NCBI GenBank assembly: GCA_040397635.1 | Contig: JBBAVO010000006.1 | Location: 1-32,504, forward strand | Length of the DNA: 32,504 nt | From: Pirellulales bacterium | Lineage (GTDB): Bacteria > Planctomycetota > Planctomycetia > Pirellulales > UBA1268 | Direction of reading: 5' to 3' | In this document: one piece after another, positions 1-8,690 of the stretch | Numbering within the stretch: the first letter of the stretch is position 1 | How the letters are laid out: each line of letters opens with the position of its first letter | The notes under the pieces: generated by a model | Told to the model about the DNA's origin: nothing | What the model saw: the letters and a program-made list of their open reading frames with translations, nothing else | Database searches by the model: none | Program-made: the position numbers and the translations under genes

Positions 1-178
1 CGATGTGGGGCGTCTTCACGTGCTTCGAGCCGTAGCAGCCCAGGGCATCGGGCCGCAGATCGTCGCAGAGGATGAAGAGGACGTTCGGCCGCGTCGCGGG
101 CTCCGCGGCGAACAGGGACAAACCCCCGAGGACCATGGCCAGCGAGGCCACGAGGATGGCTAAATAGGTGTTTTTCAT
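1..178 (-). CDS. Sulfatase family protein, N-terminal part (runs off the left edge)
   Basis: Manual translation from ATG at 178: MKNTYLAILVASLAMVLGGLSLFAAEPATRPNVLFILCDDLRPDALGCYGSKHVKTPHI. Signal peptide plus the PNVLFI-DD and TPxI start typical of type I sulfatases. Not in the ORF track. Confidence 0.9.
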   Translation of the reverse strand, partial: MKNTYLAILVASLAMVLGGLSLFAAEPATRPNVLFILCDDLRPDALGCYGSKHVKTPHI

Positions 179-256
179 AAGGCGAAAGTCTACTGCGATG
201 AAGCTATCATGCACATCGTGCGAGTCGCGGTTGGTCATGTCGCCAAAGGTTGTTGC

Positions 257-2656
257 ATGAGCATGAGGCTGGTTCACTGCGGGACCATGTTGCTGGCGCT
301 TGGTTGGGCGTGCAGTGCGATGGCTGCCACGCCAGTTGTGCCGGGTTTCGAACGGTATGGCCGGTCGGCGAGCGATCCCGCGGCAGCCATCGAGAGCGGG
401 CTCCTGCTGCTCGGCGAACTCGGCTGCGTGAACTGCCACGCCGCCGACAAGGAGCAGGCCGCGCACCTGATGCCAAAGCAGGGCCCATTGCTCGACAAGG
501 TCGGAGGGCGTCTCAGGCCCGACTGGCTCGTCGCGTATGTGAAGCAGCCCCATGCCGTGAAGCCGGGCACGACGATGCCGGATGCGATCGCAGGCCTTCC
601 CGACACCGAACGCGATCGCACCGCGACGGCGATCGCCCACTTTCTGGCCGCGACAGGGGCGTTGAACGACGGCCCGCTGCAGGAGGCAGACAAGGCGAAT
701 GCCGACGAAGGGCGGAAGATCTACGGCCGCGTTGGGTGCGCCGTCTGTCATGGCTCCCGGGGGTCTGATGCAACACTGCTCCCCGACCAGATGCCGCTGG
801 TCGATCTCGACAAAAAATGGTCGCCGCGGGCGCTCGACGCGTTTCTGAAAGATCCGTTGCAGAGCCGACCCTCGAGCCGCATGCCGGCCCTGCCGCTCAA
901 GGACCAGGACCGCCGGCACGTCGTCGCCAGCCTGCTCGGCACGGCGCCGGCGCCGGCTGCAACGTTCAAAGTCGATCCGACGCTCGTCGAGGAGGGGCGG
1001 ACGGCGTTTGCCGCCGTGGGCTGTGCCAACTGCCACGACCTCAAGGGATCCGACGGCACGCTGATCGAGCCAGCGACCAAGCCAAAGCCGCTCGCGGAAC
1101 TCATGACGCTGGATGGCGGCTGCCTTGCCACGGCCGCGCGGCAGGGATCGCCGCACTATCCGCTCGACGACACCCAGCGGGCCGCGGTCGCGGCGGCGAT
1201 CCACTGGCTCGGGGCGCCGGAGGCCGCTGCTCTGCCCGCCCGCGAGCAGGCCATCGACCGCACGCTCACGTCCCTCAACTGCTACGCATGCCACAACCGG
1301 GATGGCCGCGGTGGAACGATTCCAGCGGTCGCCGCCACCGACGAGGACGGGGAGCCGATCCTCAAGGACGCCGCCCGCGACGCGATGTTCACGAGCGGGG
1401 TGCAGGAAATGGGTGACGAGGGCCGCCTGCCCCCGACGCTCACCGGCGTCGGTGGCAAGCTCACGTCCGGGTTTCTCCGCGAGGTGCTCGTCGAAGGGGG
1501 CAAGGATCGCGGCGCATACATGCACACGCTGATGCCGAAGTGGCATGCGGCCGTGGTCGAGCCGTTGGTGACGTTGCTCGCCGAAGACCCGAAGACCACC
1601 GTTGCAACACCCTCGCTCGCCGGGCACGCCGAGTCGGAGATCGAAGAGCAGGGGCGGGGGCTCGTGGGGTCGAAGTCGCTCGGCTGTATCAAGTGCCATT
1701 CGTTCGGTGGTGACAAGGGGCAGAGCCTTGGCGTGATCGACCTGGTGCGGATGCCCAAGCGGCTGCGGCATGAGTGGTTTCTCGCCTACGTCGCCAACCC
1801 GCAGCAGTTTCGGCCGGGCACGCGGATGCCGGCCGCCTGGCCCGAGGGGAAGACGTTTTACCCCGACGTGCTCGACGGCACCGCCGCTGGTCAGATCGAG
1901 GGAGTGTGGCGGTATCTCGCCTCCGCGAAGCCGCGGCCTCCCATCGGGGCCAGCGCCCACCCGATCGAACTTGTGCCGACGGATCAACCGATCATCTATC
2001 GCAACTTCATCGAAGGGGCCGGGCCTCGGGCGATCGCCGTGGGCTTTCCCGACAAAGTGCATGCGGCCTGGGATGCCGATCAGATGCGCCTGGCCTTGGT
2101 GTGGCGTGGTGCGTTCATCGACGCGGGCAAGCACTGGACCGGCCGTGGGAAGGGATTCCAGTCGCCGCTCGGCGACGGCGTATTCACACCCGATACGGCG
2201 TCATCGATCGCCGTGCTCACCAGCCCCGAGTCAGCCTGGCCGACGGTGACGCAGCGTGGTCAGCCAGCCGGTGGCCAGGATGATGGCACACGGTTTCGCG
2301 GATACTCGCTCGATCCGCAGGGGCCGCCCACGTTCAAGTGGTCGAGTGACGGCATGCAGATCAGCGAAACAATCGAGCCGGTCGTCGAGGGCGGAAAGGC
2401 ATTCGTGCGCCGCACGATGCGGATCGTCGGTCGTCCTGCTGCCGGCGAGGCCATTTTCCGTGTGGCGATGGCGAAGAAGATCGAACAGGGCGACAACGGC
2501 TGGCTGCGGATCGACGACACGTGGCGGGTGCGGGTGAGCGGCGCAGGAGTTGGTCCGGCGGCGAACCGCACCGCTGACGGCACCACGGAGGTTCGCCGAA
2601 GAATCGTGTGGGGGCCCGAGGATACGGCCGAATTCGTGGAGGAACTTTCGTGGTGA
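257..2656 (+). CDS. Secreted multiheme c-type cytochrome (5 CxxCH motifs)
   Basis: Signal peptide; CVNCH, CAVCH, CANCH, CYACH, CIKCH; distal MP motifs (PGTTMP, SSRMP, TLMP, PGTRMP). Start probably 257 or 263 rather than 209. Confidence 0.88.
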   Translation: MSMRLVHCGTMLLALGWACSAMAATPVVPGFERYGRSASDPAAAIESGLLLLGELGCVNCHAADKEQAAHLMPKQGPLLDKVGGRLRPDWLVAYVKQPHAVKPGTTMPDAIAGLPDTERDRTATAIAHFLAATGALNDGPLQEADKANADEGRKIYGRVGCAVCHGSRGSDATLLPDQMPLVDLDKKWSPRALDAFLKDPLQSRPSSRMPALPLKDQDRRHVVASLLGTAPAPAATFKVDPTLVEEGRTAFAAVGCANCHDLKGSDGTLIEPATKPKPLAELMTLDGGCLATAARQGSPHYPLDDTQRAAVAAAIHWLGAPEAAALPAREQAIDRTLTSLNCYACHNRDGRGGTIPAVAATDEDGEPILKDAARDAMFTSGVQEMGDEGRLPPTLTGVGGKLTSGFLREVLVEGGKDRGAYMHTLMPKWHAAVVEPLVTLLAEDPKTTVATPSLAGHAESEIEEQGRGLVGSKSLGCIKCHSFGGDKGQSLGVIDLVRMPKRLRHEWFLAYVANPQQFRPGTRMPAAWPEGKTFYPDVLDGTAAGQIEGVWRYLASAKPRPPIGASAHPIELVPTDQPIIYRNFIEGAGPRAIAVGFPDKVHAAWDADQMRLALVWRGAFIDAGKHWTGRGKGFQSPLGDGVFTPDTASSIAVLTSPESAWPTVTQRGQPAGGQDDGTRFRGYSLDPQGPPTFKWSSDGMQISETIEPVVEGGKAFVRRTMRIVGRPAAGEAIFRVAMAKKIEQGDNGWLRIDDTWRVRVSGAGVGPAANRTADGTTEVRRRIVWGPEDTAEFVEELSW

Positions 2657-2661
2657 GACGC

Positions 2662-4137
2662 ATGGTGAAACGCATGGTGCGATCGATGCTGGCGGGCCTC
2701 TGCCTCGGGATCGCGTGGGCCGCCTTCGCGGCGGCTGCCGAACCGCCGGCGAAGCCGCAGGAGAAGGACTTCTACACGATCAATGCGGTCGAGATTCCCG
2801 CGGATGCAACCCTGGAGGTGGGCGCGCTCGAATGGATTCCCGATGGCAGGCTTGCCGTCGCCAGCAGGCGTGGCGAGATCTGGATGGTGAGCGACCCTGC
2901 CACAGGCAAACCGCGGTGGCAGCGGTTTGCCCACGGCCTGCACGAGGTGCTCGGCCTCGCCTGGCGTGACGGCTGGCTCTACGTGACGCAGCGGCCGGAG
3001 GTGAGCCGGCTCCGCGACACCACCGGCGACGGCGTGGCTGACGACTACGAGACCGTGAGCGACGGCTGGGGCGTGTCGGGCGACTACCACGAGTATGCCT
3101 TTGGTTCGAAGTTCGACCGCGACGGCAAGCTCTGGGTCGTGCTCTGCCTGACCGGCAGCTTCGACAGCAAGGTGCCCTTTCGAGGCTGGGCCGTCCGTGT
3201 CACACCCGACGGCCGCATGATCCCCACGACCTCTGGCGTGCGGTCGCCGGGAGGCATCGGCTTCGATGGCGATGGGAACGTGCTCTACACCGACAATCAG
3301 GGGCCGTGGAACGGTGCCTGCTCGCTCAAGCATCTCGTACCCGGCGACTTTGTCGGCCACCCCGGCGGGTTCAAGTGGTACGAACTCGCGCCGGACCTCG
3401 AGAAGCCCGAGGAGCCGAAGAGCGGCAGTCGCTGGGCCGCCGAAGTGCAGCGGATTCCACGGCTGCGGCCCCCCGCCGTGGTGTTTCCCTACGACACGAT
3501 GGGCAAGAGTGCCGGCGGCGTGGCCTGCGATATCTCGGCGGGAAAGTTCGGGCCGTTTGCCGGGCAGATGTTCGTGACCGATCAGTCGCATTCGATCGTC
3601 ATGCGGTGCTTCCTCGAGACGATCGACGGCGTGATGCAGGGCGCCTGCTTCAGGTTTTGCGAGGGCTTCAGGAGCGGATCGCTCGCGCTGCAGTTCGCAC
3701 CCGATGGCCTGCTCTACGTCGGGGGCACGAACCGCGGCTGGGGCTCACGGGGCGCGGGCGATTTCGCGCTCGAACGCCTGACATGGACCGGGAAGACGCC
3801 CTTTGAGATCCTCGCGATGCGGGCCGTACCCGGAGGCTTCGAACTGGAGTTTACGGAGCCGGTCGATCCGCAGACAGCGGCCGATCCGGCAAGCTACGCG
3901 GCCAAGGGATTCACCTATATCTACCAGTCGAGCTACGGCAGCCCTGTCGTTGACGAGGAGCCATGCGGCGTCGAGAAGGCGGAGCCGATCGCCGATGGCC
4001 GGCGGGTGCGGCTCACGCTCGGCAACCTTCGTGAGGGCGTGATCCACGAGGTCAAGGCTGCTGGCGTTCGCAATACGACCGGCCTGCCGCTCCTGCACGA
4101 CACCGGCTGGTACACGCTCAACCGCCTGGCGAAGTGA
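2662..4137 (+). CDS. Secreted beta-propeller protein, glucose/sorbosone dehydrogenase-like PVC family, partner of the cytochrome
   Basis: Signal peptide; propeller-type motifs (GLHEVLGLAWRDG, DTTGDGVADD, GVRSPGGIGFD, YTDNQG). In-frame GTG at 2653 overlaps the upstream TGA and is an alternative start. Confidence 0.7.
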   Translation: MVKRMVRSMLAGLCLGIAWAAFAAAAEPPAKPQEKDFYTINAVEIPADATLEVGALEWIPDGRLAVASRRGEIWMVSDPATGKPRWQRFAHGLHEVLGLAWRDGWLYVTQRPEVSRLRDTTGDGVADDYETVSDGWGVSGDYHEYAFGSKFDRDGKLWVVLCLTGSFDSKVPFRGWAVRVTPDGRMIPTTSGVRSPGGIGFDGDGNVLYTDNQGPWNGACSLKHLVPGDFVGHPGGFKWYELAPDLEKPEEPKSGSRWAAEVQRIPRLRPPAVVFPYDTMGKSAGGVACDISAGKFGPFAGQMFVTDQSHSIVMRCFLETIDGVMQGACFRFCEGFRSGSLALQFAPDGLLYVGGTNRGWGSRGAGDFALERLTWTGKTPFEILAMRAVPGGFELEFTEPVDPQTAADPASYAAKGFTYIYQSSYGSPVVDEEPCGVEKAEPIADGRRVRLTLGNLREGVIHEVKAAGVRNTTGLPLLHDTGWYTLNRLAK

Positions 4138-4157
4138 AAGCTTTGGGCGCGAGACCA

Positions 4158-4225
4158 GATCCCGTCGCTCACGCTCAGGGCCTGGATGTGGGGTGATACA
4201 AGCCCCCGGCGTGAGCCGTGGGATC
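4158..4225. repeat. REP-like inverted doublet (two imperfect 30-nt copies) between convergent genes
   Basis: 4158-4187 GATCCCGTCGCTCACGCTCAGGGCCTGGAT vs reverse complement of 4196-4225 GATCCCACGGCTCACGCCGGGGGCTTGTAT (22/30 identical). Confidence 0.6.
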
Positions 4226-4231
4226 GTCAAT

Positions 4232-5257
4232 TTACCCGCGGCTCATCTCCGGCCGGGCGAAGACGAGCCGGCCGGCCGTGGTCTGCAGCGTGCTCGTGAC
4301 GCTCACGTGGATCGTGCGACCGATCTGGTCGCGGCCCTGTTCCACCACCACCATCGTGCCGTCTTCGAGATAGCCGACGCCCTGACCAGGCTCCTCACCC
4401 TGCTTCACCAGTCGCACGTCGAGGAGATCGCCCGGCACGAACACCGGCCGCAGCGCCAGCGCCAGATCGTTGATGTTGATCGACTGCACGCTCCGCACGC
4501 CGGCGATCTTCATGACGTTGGGATCGGCCGTCACGATCCGTCCGGCGAGATCGGCGGCCATGCCCACCACCCGCGATTCGGTGGTCGCTTCGAGATCGTC
4601 GTCGTTGTGGGGGGGCACCACTTCCAATTCAATTGACTTGCCCGAACGGAGGCGGGCCAGCACGTCGAGACCGCGTCGGCCGCGGATGCGGCGGAACTTG
4701 TCGGTGGATTCCGCCCCCTCCTGCAGTTCATCCACGACGAAGGACGGCACGACGAACCGGCTCTGGAACAGGCCCGATTCGGCCAGATCGGCAATTCGGC
4801 CGTCGATGATCGTGCTCGCGTCGAGCACGTTGGGCCGGAGCCCCTTCACGTCGCGGGCGAATTCGACGTAGGGGATGATGAAGCGGAAGTCGTCCCGCGT
4901 CTGCAGGAGCATACTCGTGCAGATGTAGCAGAGGATCATGCCCAGAATCGACGGCAGCCAACCGAGGAGCGGCGTCGGCGGCACCGCGGCGAGCAGGGGG
5001 GTGAGGGCGAGAATGGCGACGTAGGTGAGGAACACGCCGATCAGCAGGCCGAAGTAGATCGACGTGATCACCGTCAGCTCCTTGCGGCGCAGCGAGAGAT
5101 CGATGCCGATGACGGCCAAAGGCAACAGAACCATGCCGGCAAGCACAGTCAACGGCAGCCACTCGGCCGCCTCCCGCATGGGCGCGGAGTTGAACATGAG
5201 GACCGCGATCCCCACGGAGACCATCACGAAGATCGCCCGCAGTACGACGAGAGCCAT
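4232..5257 (-). CDS. PIN/TRAM domain membrane protein (YacL family)
   Basis: Four N-terminal TM helices, PIN motifs LDASTIIDGRI and RGRRGLDVL, TRAM region GEEPGQGVGYLEDGTMVVVE and LQTTAGRLVFA. Confidence 0.92.
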   Translation of the reverse strand: MALVVLRAIFVMVSVGIAVLMFNSAPMREAAEWLPLTVLAGMVLLPLAVIGIDLSLRRKELTVITSIYFGLLIGVFLTYVAILALTPLLAAVPPTPLLGWLPSILGMILCYICTSMLLQTRDDFRFIIPYVEFARDVKGLRPNVLDASTIIDGRIADLAESGLFQSRFVVPSFVVDELQEGAESTDKFRRIRGRRGLDVLARLRSGKSIELEVVPPHNDDDLEATTESRVVGMAADLAGRIVTADPNVMKIAGVRSVQSININDLALALRPVFVPGDLLDVRLVKQGEEPGQGVGYLEDGTMVVVEQGRDQIGRTIHVSVTSTLQTTAGRLVFARPEMSRG

Positions 5258-5356
5258 GGGATGCGAGAGCGTAGGGGAGGGAGTGCCGCGAAAACGTTCA
5301 GAAGTAACTCATTCAGAATAACACGAAACCCCCCCCTCGCGGGCTACCGGGTATTT

Positions 5357-6523
5357 TCAGTCTGGGCCTATCCGCAGGTCGTGATCGCGGTCGAGAAAGC
5401 GGTCGGTCATGCCGGCGATGTAGTCGGCGACGCTTCGCCGCACGCCGAATTGCTCGGCACGCCCGCGGAAGCCGGGCGGCATCTCGTCGGGGTGCAGGCA
5501 ATACCACTCGAACAGACGTGTCAGCTTCCGCTGCGCCGGCACCCGGACCGCCAGCACCCGTTCACTGCGGTAGACCCTTTGAAAGAGAAACTGCTCCAGG
5601 GCACGTTTGCCGGCGGCCACGGCCGGCGTGTGGGCCACGATTCGCACGCCCGGCAGACTCCCTTGGCCGCGGAATACATCCCGGACCTGCGCCACCGATT
5701 CAATCCCCAGGGCCGCGATAGCGGCCCGGCTCCGCGTCACCAGTTCCGCCACCTCGAATTCCACCACCTCGTGGAGCGCCGCCCGCCGCAGTTCCGGGCC
5801 CCCGAGCGAACCGTAGCGGTCGCGGGCGCGGTTGGCGGCATCGGCCATGAGGGGAATCTCCAGAAGTTCGTCCATGGTGACGAGCCCCAGTTCGACGGCA
5901 TCGTCGGCGTCGTGCGTGTCGTAGGCGATCGAGTCGGCGGCATCGACGACCTGGGTCTCGAGCAGCGGCGCCGGTGCCGTACCATCCTTCTTCCGCGTGG
6001 CCTGGGCATCGAGCACCTCCCGAGAGAGATTCAGGCCGGGGAAGTGTGGGTAGCGGATCTCCAGCAGCTCCACGATGCGGAGCGCCTGCGCGTTGTGGTT
6101 GAAGCCGCCTTCGTCGGCGAGCAGTTCGGAGAGCGTGTCCTCGCCGGCATGCCCCAGCGGCGGATGGCCGATGTCGTGGGCCAATGCCAGCGTCTCGACC
6201 AGATCTTCGTTGAGGGCCAGGCTGCGGGCGAGGGTGCGGGCGATGCTCGTCACCTCCAGCGTATGCGTCAGGCGGCTGCGGTGATAGTCGCCGTGGTAGC
6301 CGGTGAAGACCTGCGTCTTGTGGGCGAGGCGGCGGAAGGCGGCCGAGTGGACGATACGATCGCGGTCGCGTTGGTAGGGGCTGCGGAAGGCGTGCGGAGG
6401 CTCGTCGTACACCCTGCCAGCCGAGTCGGCCGCGTGCATCGCCCAGGGGGCAAGCAGGAGCGATTCCCGCTGCTGCCAGTCGGGTGCCCCGGCAGATTCC
6501 TCGTCATGGCGGCGTGCTGTCAT
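5357..6523 (-). CDS. dgt: dGTP triphosphohydrolase (HD domain)
   Basis: RSPYQRDRDRIVHSAAFRRLAHKTQVF, RSRLTHTLEV, AHDIGHPPLGHAGE, AADSIAY, DYIAGMTD. Confidence 0.95.
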   Translation of the reverse strand: MTARRHDEESAGAPDWQQRESLLLAPWAMHAADSAGRVYDEPPHAFRSPYQRDRDRIVHSAAFRRLAHKTQVFTGYHGDYHRSRLTHTLEVTSIARTLARSLALNEDLVETLALAHDIGHPPLGHAGEDTLSELLADEGGFNHNAQALRIVELLEIRYPHFPGLNLSREVLDAQATRKKDGTAPAPLLETQVVDAADSIAYDTHDADDAVELGLVTMDELLEIPLMADAANRARDRYGSLGGPELRRAALHEVVEFEVAELVTRSRAAIAALGIESVAQVRDVFRGQGSLPGVRIVAHTPAVAAGKRALEQFLFQRVYRSERVLAVRVPAQRKLTRLFEWYCLHPDEMPPGFRGRAEQFGVRRSVADYIAGMTDRFLDRDHDLRIGPD

Positions 6524-7101
6524 CGGCGCGATCCGTCGGTGCGTTGGTCGGAATGATGGGGTAGTGCGGCGGCCTGCACGAGCTGCTCGCGCAGGGCGTC
6601 GAGCGACTGCGGCAACACCCGCACGCCCGCCGTCGTTGGCATGAAGTTCACGTCACCCGGCCACCGTGGCACGATGTGCCAGTGGAGGTGGCCGGGCAGC
6701 CCCGCGCCGGCGACCGCCCCGAGGTTCAGGCCCACGTTAAAGCCGTAGGCCTGCATCGACCGCTCCATGACGCCGCACCAGGTCACGATGCAGGCCTGCA
6801 GATCGAGGAGCTGCTCGGCTGACAGATCGGCAAGCGCGGCCCGGTGGTCAAGCGGAGCGACGAGCAGGTGGCCGTTGGAGTAGGGGAAGCGGTTGGTCAC
6901 AACCACGCTCAGAGGCGTGCGGGCGACCACGCCCAGGGCCGGGTCGTGCACTGCATCGGCCGCGGCCGCACGGCAGAGAAAGCACTGGTGGACGGCGCCG
7001 TCGCGCCAGTGGGCTGGCTCGACCTGTTCCGAGGCCGCGCCCTTGTCGTGCCCTTGCACGTATCCCAGCCGCCAGGGTGCCCAGAGGGTTTCGTTGCTCA
7101 T
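6520..7101 (-). CDS. HIT family hydrolase (Ap4A hydrolase-like)
   Basis: LWAPWR N-terminus, CFLC, NRFPYSNGHLLV, histidine triad HLHWHIVPRW. Start set at MSNETLW (7101). Confidence 0.92.
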   Translation of the reverse strand: MSNETLWAPWRLGYVQGHDKGAASEQVEPAHWRDGAVHQCFLCRAAAADAVHDPALGVVARTPLSVVVTNRFPYSNGHLLVAPLDHRAALADLSAEQLLDLQACIVTWCGVMERSMQAYGFNVGLNLGAVAGAGLPGHLHWHIVPRWPGDVNFMPTTAGVRVLPQSLDALREQLVQAAALPHHSDQRTDGSRR

Positions 7102-7108
7102 GGGAGTG

Positions 7109-7114
7109 ATGGTA
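7109..7114 (-). promoter_or_regulatory. Possible -10 element (TACCAT) for a leaderless HIT transcript
   Basis: TAnnnT hexamer 7 nt before the ATG at 7101, with no Shine-Dalgarno. Confidence 0.4.
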
Positions 7115-7163
7115 CCCGACTGCCGTTCAGCATGCACCGTGAGCAGCGCCGGGCTGCCGCGCC

Positions 7164-7282
7164 GGGCGGGCTCCCCGAACACGCTTCGCTCGCTCGGCGG
7201 CTCGGCGACAGCGTCTGGGATAATGGCGGGTCTTCTCCGCCGAGGCGCCTAATGCTCGCTTCGGTGTTCGGGGAGCCCGCCC
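7164..7282. repeat. Large inverted repeat (perfect 19-bp arms)
   Basis: GGGCGGGCTCCCCGAACAC (7164-7182) / GTGTTCGGGGAGCCCGCCC (7264-7282); inner CTCGGCGG/CCGCCGAG pairing. Confidence 0.85.
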
Positions 7283-7312
7283 TTCCGTACTCCTTCTTCG
7301 CAAAACGCGTGA

Positions 7313-7443
7313 GGGGCTGCCCGTGTCCCGGGAGCCGGCGTTGCTGACCAGCGCAGGCAGGATGCCGGAGCGCAGTCAGCATCGAGTGAGCGAAGGGCAG
7401 GATGCCCGAAGCGAACGTCCGGCGACGGGGCATGGGCAGCCCC
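7313..7443 (+). ncRNA. Candidate structured RNA or palindromic element (multibranch, two GGC-AGGAU-GCC hairpins)
   Basis: 18-bp outer stem 7313-7330/7426-7443 with two G-U pairs on the + strand, a second stem 7334-7342/7414-7423 and two inner hairpins. The structure is clear; its identity is unknown. Confidence 0.4.
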
Positions 7444-7496
7444 GACCCTCGAGTGAGGATGCGGCTCGTCGATGGGCCGTGTGAGCGGGATGCGGA

Positions 7497-8690
7497 TCAC
7501 AACACCTCGGCCCACAGCGCGTCCGAAACGAGCAGGCCTTCTCGCGTGAGCTGCACGCGTTCGCCGTCGTCGGTGGCGAGGCCGCGGTCGGCCCAGCGGC
7601 GAATGGGACCGCCGGCGACGAGGTCGAGGTCGAAGCCGCTGGCGGCCAGAAAGGCGGCGCGGGTGAGGCCATCGCGCCGGCGGAGGCCGAGCACGACCCG
7701 CTCCTGCGCGGCCTCCAGGGGCGTCATCGTCTCGCGGTCGCCCGTGACGTCGTCGCCGGCGAGAACGCGCCGCATCCAGGTCGTCGTGCTGCGGTGATTG
7801 GTGGTCCGCACCCGGCCGTCGAACCGGGCGGCGCCCGGCCCGAACGCCTCCCATGGCCGGCAATCCCAGTAGGTCTCGTTGTGACGGCAGCGGCCGCCCG
7901 GACGGGCGAAGTTGGAGACTTCGTAGTGTTCGAAGCCCGCCGCCTCGAGCCGGTCGATCGTCCGTTCGAGCATCGCCCGCTCGAGCGACTCGGCAGCGGG
8001 CTGGAGCGTGCCACGACGCCGCTGTGACTCGAACAACGTGCCCTTCTCCCAGGTCAGGCAGTAGACGGAAAGATGCTGCGTGCCGAGCGCCACGATCGCG
8101 TCGAGGTCCCGTTCCACATCAGCGAGCGACTGGCCCGGCGCCGCCGTCATCAGGTCAACGCTGACGGTGAATCCGCGATCGAGCAGGATGCCGACCGCCC
8201 GCCGCACATCGTCGGGGGTGTGGTCACGATCGAGTGCCGCGAGCGTCGTCGCGTCGAGCGACTGGGCGCCGAGGCTGACGCGGGTCGTACCGGAGGCCGC
8301 GGCCGCGGCCGCCAGTCGTTCCGTCACATCCTGAGGATTGGCCTCGATCGTGACTTCGGCACCCGGCAACGGCCGCAGTCGTGCGTGAAGGATGTCGAAG
8401 AGCCGCGTGAGTCCGTCCGGCCCGAGGTGCGACGGCGTGCCGCCGCCAAGATAAAGCGTGGCCAACTCCAGGCACACATCGCCCAGTCCCAGATCTGGCA
8501 CGGCGTCCAGCCGTGTCAGCTCCCGCTGGATGGCCGCGAGGTAGTCGGCGATGAGATCGTCGCGTCCCGCGATCAGCGCAAAATCACAGTAGCCGCAGCG
8601 GTGGCGGCAGAAGGGCACGTGCACGTAGGCGGCACGCGGGAGGACGGGCGTTTCCACGGCGGTCGGAGTGTCGTTCGTCGGGGTCTTCAC
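7497..8690 (-). CDS. hemW: Radical SAM heme chaperone HemW (HemN-like)
   Basis: [16 protein letters not shown] (CxxxCxxC), [30 protein letters not shown]. Confidence 0.9.
   Translation of the reverse strand: MKTPTNDTPTAVETPVLPRAAYVHVPFCRHRCGYCDFALIAGRDDLIADYLAAIQRELTRLDAVPDLGLGDVCLELATLYLGGGTPSHLGPDGLTRLFDILHARLRPLPGAEVTIEANPQDVTERLAAAAAASGTTRVSLGAQSLDATTLAALDRDHTPDDVRRAVGILLDRGFTVSVDLMTAAPGQSLADVERDLDAIVALGTQHLSVYCLTWEKGTLFESQRRRGTLQPAAESLERAMLERTIDRLEAAGFEHYEVSNFARPGGRCRHNETYWDCRPWEAFGPGAARFDGRVRTTNHRSTTTWMRRVLAGDDVTGDRETMTPLEAAQERVVLGLRRRDGLTRAAFLAASGFDLDLVAGGPIRRWADRGLATDDGERVQLTREGLLVSDALWAEVL

Noticed and set aside
7102-7182. Longer starts in the ORF track for HIT, and likewise for proB, trmB, fabZ and lpxK
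   Set aside because: The extensions lack family similarity and run through repeats, promoters or neighbouring genes; downstream starts match family N-termini.
7102-7496. 6S RNA, SRP RNA, tRNA or group II intron remnant; also small ORFs crossing this gap
   Set aside because: No diagnostic motifs recognised (no SRP GGAA/AGCAG helix, T-loop or intron domain V); the ORFs are Arg/Pro/Ala-rich with no family signal.
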